The position numbers and the translations under genes were made by a program. Positions 1 to 10,600 of a stretch of DNA of 64,000 bases are shown in pieces (position 1 is the first letter of the stretch; each line of letters begins with the position of its first letter). This stretch comes from Nymphaea colorata (Eukaryota). The notes under the pieces are model-generated. The model was not told the DNA's origin, ran no database searches, and was given only the letters and a program-made list of their open reading frames with translations. The stretch is from positions 21,204,001 through 21,268,000 of the forward strand of contig NC_045138.2 of the NCBI RefSeq assembly GCF_008831285.2, written 5' to 3'.

Positions 1-303
1 TCTTTTGCAAATCCGGTGAAGTGCATCCGCCTCTTACCTGCAATATATTGCTTGGCTGATCTTTGATTTCATCTTCTTGTTTTTGTTTGGCGCCCACCGT
101 GCAAGAAGAGGTGGCTGGTCCGTGACTTGGTAGAGGACGTAAAGGAGGAGAGGAGCGTAACTTGAGGATTGCCTCAACGTCTGCCGGCGCTCCGGCGATC
201 GCATCCCCCTTTCCTTACAAAAGACCGGGGTTAAATTGGTCTTACGGGTGAAGGCTTTCCTCGTCTCGAAGTTGATTTCCTATTCACTTCTATACCTTGA
301 TAC

Positions 304-3300
304 TTGTTGGGTTTTGCCTCTTGGATCTTGTTTCCAGCAAGGAGAACGTGTGGCGAAACCTCTACCCGTGGGAGATTGCAGCCCGAGAGAGAGAAGGCAC
401 CGCTTCCGTCGAGCGACATCGACGATCGTTTCCCCCAATCGACATTCTGTTCACTCTTGGGGCTGATTGGGAATCCGGATATTACTGCCCGTTGGTGCTC
501 TCTGTTGTCATCGGTGCCTCTCTTGTTGCCTCCTGTTGGACTATCTGTGATTATGGCAGCTTCTTCATCTATAGACGTTATGGCGGATTGTCGTATGGGA
601 GAGTGGATCATTGATAGTGGCGCTACTCACCACATGACCGGCGATCCTAAGGTCTTTCATGGGTATAAGCTTTCATCAGGAAAGGATCGTGTTTCCCTTG
701 CCGATGGTTCATCTATCTCTGTGGCTGGAAAAGGGAGTCTCCCACTTTTGAACAAGTTCTTAGTCCACAATGCTCTACATGTTCCTCATATTCCCTTGAA
801 TCTCTTGTCGGTTAGCAAGATCACGAAGGAGTTAAATTGCGAACTTATATTTTCCGTTGATCGCTGTGTTATGCAGGACTTGGTGACAGGGAAGAGGATT
901 GGGATTGGCCTAGCTTCTGACGGGCTCTATCGTTTACCTATGCGTGCTGCTCAGGCTCTCATGACGGCAGTCAGCCAAGCCACGAAGAATAGAGAGGACT
1001 CCCTTCAGTTGCTTCTACGGTGGCATGAGCGCCTTGGACACTTGCCTTTTGGCCTTCTTAGACAGTTGTTTCCTGATATATGTTCCAGGTTAGATATGAC
1101 TATGGTGTCTTGTGATGTCTGTCACCTGGCCAAACATGTTAGGGCTTCGTACCCATTGTCTAGCCATCGGTCTAATGAGGTATTTGCCATGATTCATTCT
1201 GATGTGTGGGGGCCTGCAGGGATTCCTTCTTGTCATGGTTTTCAATATTTTATCACCTTTATAGATGATTATTCTCGTAACACTATTGTCTACTTGCTAA
1301 AAGACCGTAGTGAAGTTCCTACTGTCATAGAGACTTTCATTGCCTATGTGGAAACTCAATATGGAGCATCTGTTAAGACATTTCGATCTGACAATGCTCG
1401 AGAGTATATGTGCCAGTCTGTTGATAGCTTCTTTCGAAAAAAGGGAATTGTTCATGAGACTTCCTGTAGTTATACCCCTCCTCAAAATGGAGTTGCTGAA
1501 CGAAAAAATCGTCAGTTATTGAATATGACTCGGGCTCTTCTTTTTCAACGTCATGTTCCAAAAAAGTATTGGGGGGATGCTGTGTTGACCAGTGCGTATC
1601 TTATAAACCGGTTGCCTAGTCGCGTGTTGAATGGGAAGACGCCTCACTCTCTGTTACCGGGGACTCGTGAACCTTTCTCTCTTCCACTCAGAGTTTTTGG
1701 TTGTGTTTGCTTTATTCACAACCATAGTCCTCACATTAAAAAGCTTGATCCAAGATCTATTAAGGGCATTTTTTTAGGGTATTCTCCCACTCAAAAAGGG
1801 TACAAGTGTCGAGACCCTTCCACTGGTCGGGCCTATGTTACCAAAGATGTCACTTTCCTTGAACATGTTTCCTATTTTGGTGAGAATCCTCTTCAGGGGG
1901 AGTACTCTATGTCACGGGAAGAGTATTCTCCGAGTCAGGAAATTCAGTTTACAGATTTTTTGGACTACAGGCGTGACTCCGTTGGTCATCTAGTGAGGTG
2001 CATGAACAAGAGAAAAATGGTCCATCTAGTGAGGTGCATGAACAGGAGAAAAATGGAGAGTGTTCCACTGAGGCAGAAGAGAAGTGCAATCGTTTATTTG
2101 GGCAAGTTTACTCTAGGCGAAGAGTTTGTACAGATGAGATGACAGGTGGTGAGAATTCTACTCCCAATCCAATTAGTCCTTCCCTGGATGACCCAAGTCG
2201 TGCGCAGAAGCAACCTGTTGAAGAAGAGATTCAGACTGTTGCTGCTAGTGAAGAGCTTCCCATCGCCCTGCGAAAGGGTGTCAGGTCATGTACTCAACAT
2301 CCTATTGGTAACTTTGTTTCATATTCTAGACTGAGCAAGGACTACAAATGCTTTGTATCTTCTCTTTCTTTGACTATGATACCCAGGAATGTTGCTGAGG
2401 CTCAGAGTGATCCTAAGTGGACCTATGCTATGCAAGAAGAGATGGAAGCCTTGCGAAGAAACATGACATGGGAAGTTGTAAAGATTCCTGAGGCGGCTCA
2501 CTTGGTTGGATCTAAGTGGGTCTACACCATCAAGTACAAACCAGATGGGAGTGTTGAAAGATACAAAGCTCGTCTTGTGGCCAAGGGGTTTAGTCAGAAA
2601 TATGGGATTGATTATTTGGAGACCTTTGCTCCTGTTGCGAAGATGAAGACGGTCAGAGTCATTATCTCTTTAGCTGTGATGAAGGAGTGGAAGATGTACC
2701 AACTTGATGTCAAGAACGCATTTCTCAATGGAGACCTTGAAGAGGAAGTATATATGTGTATGCCTCCAGGATATGAGGAACCTGGAAAATGTTGCAAGCT
2801 AAGGAAAGCTTTATATGGGCTCAAGCAATCTCCTCGAGCATGGTTTGAACGACTCAGACTTGTCATGAGACAATGTGGATACCATCAAGGGAATGGAGAT
2901 CATACACTTTTTGTGAAGAGAAATAAGCAAAAGGTTACTATTCTGTTGGTATATGTTGATGATATGATTGTCACAGGTGATGATGAAGATGAAATAATGA
3001 AGTTAAAGAAACTGTTGGCGATCGAGTTTGATCTTAAGGACCTTGGTAAGTTGAAATACTTCCTTGGCATAGAAATTGCTAGGTCTGGGACTAGCCTTGT
3101 GCTAAATCAACGGAAGTACACTCTAGATTTGTTAAAGGAGACTGGGAAACTAGGGTGTAGACCAGCTTCTACTCCTCTAGATGCTGGCCATAAGCTAAGT
3201 CTGAGAGACGGGGAACCACTCTGTGAAGAGGCAAAAAGAAGATATCTTACTCTCACTAGACCTGATATTACCTTTGCTGTGAATGTGATGAGCCAGTTCA

Positions 3301-3899
3301 TGCATGCTCCCACGGATGCCCACTTGAAGGCTGTTGACAGGATCTTGTGCTACTTGAAGAGGAATCCTGGCAAAGGTCTCTTATATGTCAAGCAAGACAC
3401 TCTTGGGATTGAAGGTTATTCAGATGCAGACTGGGCAGGCTGTATTGACACTAGGAGGTCCACCTCTGGCTATTGTATTTATTTGGGAGGGAATCTCATA
3501 GTGTGGAGAAGTAAAAGGCAAGATGTTTGTTCGCGTTCCAGTGCTGAAGCAGAATACAGAGCTGTTGCTATGGGAGTTTCTGAGCTTTTGTGGCTGAAAG
3601 TATTGTTGACTGATATTGGTATAAAAGTTGAAGAACCAATGAAGATGTATTGCGATAACAAGTCTGCAATTAACTTGGCCAACAACCCTGTGCTTTATGA
3701 CAGAACAAAGCATGTTGAGATTGACCGACATTTCATTCGAGAGAGAATTGATGCTAAAGAACTTATACTTCCTTACATGAGATCTGAAGACCAAACGGCT
3801 GATGTTCTGACGAAGGCTTTATCTTCGACCTCATTTGAGAGAAATGTATCCAAGTTGGGCATGTTTGATATGTATGCCCAACTTGAGGGGGAGTGTTGA
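304..3899 (+). pseudogene. pol: copia pol polyprotein (protease-integrase-reverse transcriptase-RNase H) split by a 1-bp frameshift at about 1987
   Basis: ORFs 304..2142 (PR, IN) and 1998..3899 (RT, RNase H) overlap in different frames. Adding one C at GGTC^ATC (about 1987) fuses them. RT also lacks the usual YQRLVGxLI segment near 3240. The ORF start at 304 is not a true start. Confidence 0.9.
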
Positions 3900-4149
3900 A
3901 GTATGTTAGATGGGTCTCGGGACCGGGTCCGGATCCGTATCCGATCCAACTTGTAGCCCTTGTTGGGCATTATTTAAGTTGTGTAACCCTAATCCTTATG
4001 GTGTGAATGAAAGACAAAGGAGAGAGAGAGTCTGGTGGCTAGTGGGCACCGGCTCCTCCTCATTCGTGGTTTTTTTCCTCTTGTTGAGGGTTTTTCCACG
4101 TTACATCGTGATCGTTGTTTCTCTTCCTCTTCTTGTTCGTGTTTCTACA
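3894..4149 (+). repeat. 3' LTR of the copia element (about 256 bp)
   Basis: Starts TGTTGAA directly after the PPT and ends TTCTACA (imperfect inverted termini, TG...CA). Contains TATTTAAG, then GA-rich and CT-rich tracts. The right boundary is inferred because the 5' LTR and TSD cannot be compared. Confidence 0.75.
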
Positions 4150-4199
4150 TATACTATCAACTTGCTCAAATGATTCCACCACATTCTGTTTTCAAAAAG

Positions 4200-4340
4200 G
4201 AAACTTTGGTTCTATTTCTGGGTCGTGACATTGGATCCACTCACATAAGCCCATAAACCTTGCCCCAGATGTGAGCTTCTAAATTTCCACCCCACAAAAG
4301 ATAATTTTCCAAACTGTTGAGTTGGATTTTTTAAAAAAGT
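4200..4340 (-). mobile_element. degenerate copia gag N-terminal fragment
   Basis: Minus-strand translation across frameshifts gives QLNSLENYLLW...GQGLWAYVSGS, resembling the copia gag N-terminal motif KLxGxNYxxW...GxGLWGYVxG. Confidence 0.45.
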
Positions 4341-5479
4341 AGCTTCCTGATGTTTAGTCAAATGGACTAGCAACAATTGGAGAATCTTTTACTAGATTGA
4401 TGAAGAACGGCAAGCTTCACGACCAAAGTTTAAAGCAGCCTCAATAGATGGACAAGCGCTTCAAAGTTCAAACCACCAAAAAAATTTCACTTTGGATATA
4501 AATAAGAACAAGAACTAACCTCACTCCAAAATCATGTAAAAACAGCTCTCGGACATGCAAAATCAAGTTCTAATAATGACATTGCTAAAGAACTCTCAAA
4601 GAGCAACATAACTGACACTGATGCACAAAGTCTCTTGAATAGGTCGGTGCAGTTTAAAGCCTTCAAATTGGAGGCAACTAGGTGTTCCAATATATGTGGT
4701 TGCTCCTTGTTGTGTAACCAAGAATTTGGGAAACTTTCCTGGTGGATGAGAAGAACCTAGTGCTTTACACAGGGGAAACACAACACCTTTTTGTCACTGG
4801 AGAAGTGAAAAGTGACTGGTAAATTCAGGTACAAAGGTTGAATAGACCCTCTACATATTGTCTGGATTTCCTAAACAAGATGGATATATTGTTTATTACC
4901 AATATTTTCCACAAAATCAATAAGCCTGCAGACTAATGTGATACATTAGTTTGCTAGTCTCAAATTCAAACCCAATTTTCTAAATAGATTACCATTTTCA
5001 AGAAAATAATTGAATCCAAAAAGTTTGAGACAAAGTCTCTCAGTTCAATGTTGTTCAAAGTTAACATTCTTATAGAAGGATTATAAGGGAAGGCATCACT
5101 TTCTCAATGACAAGCTACACATATATAAACAGGGCACGAAAGATATATATATATATATAATATGATTAGGGCATCAAAAAGTTACAAAATTTACGATGGT
5201 GAATTAATCTGCTCATGTGGAATTTTTATAAGTTATTCCTAAGCATTGTCAAAAGTATCATTGTTGGGTTTTAATGGCGAGATTGTTTTTGGGTTTTTTT
5301 GGCGAAGTTAGGCCATGCTTATCCCAATACTGGTCTCAGCTTGTTTTTGACAATAACTCAATAAGTGAACTGCAGCCTGCCATGGCTTCCTCCCTCCTCT
5401 TCCACTCATACCACTAGCAGATCCACAGACCCCTCCAGAGACAACGAGAGCAGAAAGTTGAGTATCACATGGAGGAGAA

Positions 5480-6060
5480 GTGCAATAGCAAGATGATTAA
5501 GCCAATTATAAGCATCAGTTAATGTAGGGATATCTTCCCCTATCATCTGTAGCTACTGAATATTCTGGACATAAACCAGATAAAAATCAGGTAACCATCA
5601 TCTTTTCTTGATGCATCTTCTGAGAGGGCAAGCAAGAAGGATGCACAGAATTAAGTCCTTCATAAGCAGCCTTGAAGATGCATGATATTGAATAAATGCT
5701 TGATCACTTTGTTGTAAATTAAAAATATTCTACTCAATTTGTAGAGTTGGGTTGACATTCTTAACTTGCTATCTTTGGAATAAGGATCTTTTATATTATC
5801 TCACATGTCCTTAGTAGTCAAGTAGTAGATCAGACCGTCAGCAATACCTGGATGGACACTATTCATAGTTCAGCACATGAGTATATTGTTGTCCTCAGAC
5901 CACATAGCATATTTTCCAATATTCTCAGTAGGCTTTCCCTCCAATAAAGTATGTTTGCTGCAATGTGCAGAGACTGACATCATAAATCTCTGTGCCTCAT
6001 AATTTGTGTCATCCAATTTTACTGAGGATCCATATGAAAATGGATTCACAAAAGCTTCAT
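5480..6060 (-). mobile_element. degenerate copia gag (UBN2-type) remnant
   Basis: Minus-strand translation with stops and frameshifts: SVKLDDTNYE...WSEDNNILMC*TMNSV...TTKDM*DNIKDPYS...IFNLQQSD...FLSGLCPEYS...IPTLTDAYN. Confidence 0.8.
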
Positions 6061-6484
6061 GTCAGCAGTGACCTCTTATTTCTATTCTATCTTGGAGTCC
6101 ACCATCATATAAAAATTTACAGGGGGGAACCCACAAGATAAATCAACATAAAGTTGAGGATAATCAATAGATCAGACAACAAAAGTGGGAACAAGACTGT
6201 ACAAGTACAACTAAAGAAAAATCCAGAATAAACCTCCTGTACGATGGAGATGAAATCTGTCCTCAAACTATCGACAGTCCAAGAGGCAAAGAAGGAACAC
6301 CTACTACCAGCCACAGATAAGAAACTGTTTATTTAGCATCTGGTTTCAGTCACAGTCGACAACCACAATATATTTCAGATTTGACATCAGAAACAATTCC
6401 TGATTCTGAAATAAACTTCAACCAAAATACCAAGGTTGATCTAAACAACATCAATTAAAATCTGGAATAAATTTAATACAACCG

Positions 6485-6613
6485 CGCCTGATTTTATATT
6501 TAATCAACCACGTCTCCAACATATCCCTAATTCAAATTAGGGCAACAAACGCTTGATTTTATATTTAATAAACCATGTCTCCAACAATCCCTAATTAAAA
6601 CAAGGGCAACAAA
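6485..6613. repeat. 65-bp tandem duplication (2 copies)
   Basis: TGATTTTATATTTAAT...TCTCCAACA...CCCTAATT...AGGGCAACAAAC starts at 6489 and again at 6554. Confidence 0.85.
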
Positions 6614-7629
6614 CAACAAACCCAAACTACGACTAAAACCAGGCCTGCAACTGTGGAGTGGATCTCACATACCAACCTGAAACCACATCTGAAACATATC
6701 TATGACTGCATGCAGACAAAACATACCAGAATAGAGATTGACACCACCCACAATAGTCGAAAAATTAGAACATGCCTGCTAAGCCCCAACCACATAAGGA
6801 ATCCAATTACTGCTGCATACTGTGTGCAGTGATCAGAACCCTGGTGTGATGACTCGATCAAAAGTTGCTTTAAGTGCCGACCAGACAAAAAGGGAAAAGA
6901 AAAAAATAGAGAAAGAAAGGTGAGGGAAATAAAGGAAGAAAAAGAAGAATAGAAATTGAAGATGAAGAAGGGAAATCAGTGTTGGAGTCACCCAGTCGCT
7001 GGTGGCTTAAGAAGGAGGATGTTTCATTAACCCTAATCTCAACTGAAGAGAGATTAGAGGACGATGATACACTTTACAAAATTTGTCTTCCAAAAATAAC
7101 AAAATAATAAAGACAGACTTATCACTCCTAATTTTCAACAAAACCCCTGACTCTAACTCTTATGTTCTCTCAACAAAGACAATAACTTAGAAACTTCATT
7201 CAGGTTCCTGTTCTACGTTTGAGGAGCCTAGATATATCTCTAACCATACAAGAACGTTCCACAATATTATACTTACACTTTTCTACTATTTACTAAAAGT
7301 ATGAAGCTAAGGACAGGAGACCATGCAAAATCATGGACTCCTCGCAACATGACGAAGAACTTGAAGGACGGTTACCAAAAGGAAATTGGAGGACTAGACT
7401 AGGAAACTGCCGATACATGTGTTCTTTTTGTCTGTCTGAGAGTGCATTCTACCCAGCATTTTAAAGTTGTAATATCTCCCTTGAACTGGTTTAGTACCTA
7501 TATCCTTACGTGGTTTTACAGGTTAGAAAAAATAAAATCTCAGATTGCAACTCCAGAATCATTATAGGAGTATGTATATTGAGCCAAAGCAAAAGACATT
7601 GAGCTTATGGCATAATTGTGTGTGTGAAC

Positions 7630-10600
7630 CTGCACATATTCTTTTTTTTGAAGAAAAAGGCACATCCAGATCATCTTCCTGAAAAGCTGCTTCATTGTCT
7701 GACGTGATGAAAGGGATAGAAGTTGCAAATTTCTCTGCCGCTTTATGCAATGCTATGACCTGCCGAACATTTGCCAAAACAGCTCCAAAATCAGTAAAAA
7801 AACAATTCAGAGTGTTGTCCATTAAGTGGTTAAGAATAATCTATTTTTTAAAAAAATTATTTCTGTTCAAAGTATCATTTGAAAAGGCTAACCGTATCAG
7901 CATCACTTGCTTTGAGCTTGAGGGAGTTCCGAAATATACTGTTTACAACAGGAACCTGTATTAACAAATATAACCTTAAAGGTGGAAGAGTTATGACATA
8001 ATTTTCGGTGCATAATAAGCCCATCATAGAAGTAGAGCAATCACATTCTAGATGCAAAGCAAAATTAGAAATAACTAAGTTTCTAAACAAGGAATAGTGC
8101 ACAAAAGTTAGTTTCCTCAAATTCAACAAATAGCACAAAAGCATCATGTGCAAGTTAGTTTCTTCACAGAAAACAAATCCAAGGTAGCTTTGGCATGATA
8201 TTTCAGAACATTGGTGATCCTGAACATCTTCCAATACAAAATCAAGCTTCTAATTTGTTGATATTTATAAGCACTTTCTGTAATAGCTCAACTATTTTTT
8301 TCTTTGCATCCTATTCCTACCAATGCTGACTTTTTTTTCAAGATATATGTGTACTGAAATTTTCCTCAAATGAATGATCATTTCCAAACCTTGCCCAGAA
8401 ACCTAACATAAAAAAAAATCAATATAAATAAAAGCAAGGTTATAAAATTTTTAAGAAAAAAGGCAAGTTAAACATTTTCTTAACTTCCAAACCCACCCAT
8501 CTTGTCAATGGCTATTCATTAAAACCAGCACATATATACTAGCACAAATACAATCTTGCAAACTTCGACCGCTAATAATTTTCTGCCTTTCACTTCATGG
8601 TTCACTTAAGCCAAAAAGTTACTTATTGTCAGTTAAATGTATCTTCCGGTAACTTTATTTTATGCTCTTAGCTCAATAGTTTTTTTTTTCGTGAAGACCA
8701 AATATTGAGAAATATGTCCAAGGAAAAGTTATCTTAAACAGTGCCAGAAAAAATACACTTGACAAGAACAAGTTCAAGCCCATGTATATAGATTCATAGA
8801 AAGCTCCGACCTTGCCTTTGAGAAGAAGACAGTTTCAATATTGATCTACTAAATTTCTCACATATTGGAACTCTTCCCCCCAAGAAAACAAAAAAAGTTT
8901 CTGCCAATAGAGGATCAAAATCTAAAATAAACATGATAAAATGAAAAAATTAACCACATTAGTTCTACACACACATAATCTGAACATAAAAAGAAAGGTC
9001 CACGTCATTGAAAAATTGAAACAGATGAAAGATTTATATATGAATGCAACACGGAAAATTTTAAGAATTACACCAGAACAAAAGCCAAATACTCTTGAGA
9101 ACAAAAAATCAATGCTATCTTTCGGAACGATAGAAAGATGAGATCACCTTCTTCCCTTTAGAGTCAGTGTAGTTTAATGCCATAAGTGGAACAAATAGAG
9201 CACTATATAAGCACAATCTCCTTTGATCATCCTAAAAAGAAATTGTCGACAGAATATCATTTATTCAACAACGGAACTCAAATATTAGAGCAAGCAAACA
9301 ACCTCACGATGTAAAAGCTAGCAATATTGTATGCTGCCATCCATTCCAATTTGTTCCGATTACAGAATAAAAATATGAAACAAGAACAAAAAAAAGAACC
9401 CAATAGTTTCCAGTTTGAGAAAACTTTCTGAATGAAAATAGCCTCAGACGAGTAACCAACTTTATATGAAATGGAATCCAAATAGGCAGATACTAGTTTC
9501 CTGATTATGCAAAAATACATATTAATAATATGTAAGAAAGTGGTATGGAAGATAAAGTTGATAAAAGAACTAGATGCCCCAGAATTTAAAAGCCCAAATT
9601 AAATTTGTTGCACTCCTTCAGAAAGAAAATGTCAATATTATGGGAGGAATAGTAGCTGCATAAAGTCTATAGAGGTTACACTTCTGACCTCAAACAGTTT
9701 GGCCGTAATCTGAATACGAACACACAGTTAATGCATTCCTCACCTATGAAACATCCACATACACATGGACAGACACACACAAGTAACAACATCACTCTTT
9801 ACTCACGAAACATTACTCCCTAAGTACATCCTAGTAAATGGATCCACAAGTGAAGACAAGGAAAAAATTAATGAAAGCAGGTAGAGAACACACATAGTAG
9901 GAAATCAAGAAGACATAAGAAGCATATCGAGATAGGATGCCTTATCCCCTTGACTGGAAATTTGAACCCCTTGGAGTTCAAAACATTATTCCTATTTCAT
10001 AAACACCAGTTTTGAGCTAAAGATGCATTCACTTGTTAAAATATGTAATTTCCATGGTTGGCATTGATACTCAGGGCTGAGGAGTATGCCTAGTGGTTTT
10101 GAGGCTAGAGTTGTTACATGTGCCTCCCATCTCCCCCTTCTCTCTTTCTCTCTCTGCCCCTTGCTCCTCTCCTGGATGGCTTTTGTTGAGAATGAAAATG
10201 GCTTTGATGAAACTAAAAACCAAAAATGATGATTACGTCTTTTTGCTTAACTTGTTGCCTAGCTTTCATGATGATGACGCTTATGAAAATAATAATTAAA
10301 TAGTTTTGGAAATAAACTCGATGTTGATGCTTCTCAAAATTCTCATAATGATGTTGAATCCTCTAGACTCTAGAATCAATTTGGAATAAAGGCGAAAAGC
10401 AACAAATCCTATAGAAACTTAGATTTAAATTTGAAGATTCAGCTCCTAATCTTAGAAGATCTATAATACAAGATTAAGAATCACCAGGCCTCCCCAAGGA
10501 TTGGTCCGTCATGGAGCTTGCCTTCTTGCTACCAATTCTCAGTATGAACTTAAACACTTAGTCACTTACCATGAAGCCAATCATCACAGTCATTCGATTG

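Larger units (their letters stand above)
1..4149 (+). mobile_element. Ty1/copia LTR retrotransposon, 5' part outside window (degenerate gag tail, PR-IN-RT-RNase H, PPT, 3' LTR)
   Basis: Copia domain order is visible in the translations: protease WIIDSGATHHMTG, integrase HHCC (WHERLGH...CDVC) and core (HSDVWGP, FIDDYSR, FRSDNARE, QNGVAERKNR), RT (LVAKGFSQ, QLDVKNAFLNG, LYGLKQSPRAW, LVYVDD), RNase H (YSDADWAG, YCDNKSAI, RTKHVEIDRHF). Polypurine tract (PPT) GAGGGGGAG at 3885-3893 is followed directly by TGTTGAA. Confidence 0.97.

Noticed and set aside
30..120. Minus-strand CAG/GTAAG donor with an open frame (QEDEIKDQPSNILQ) as the next CCA exon
   Set aside because: The peptide does not resemble the expected CCA C-terminus and lies within the copia internal region.
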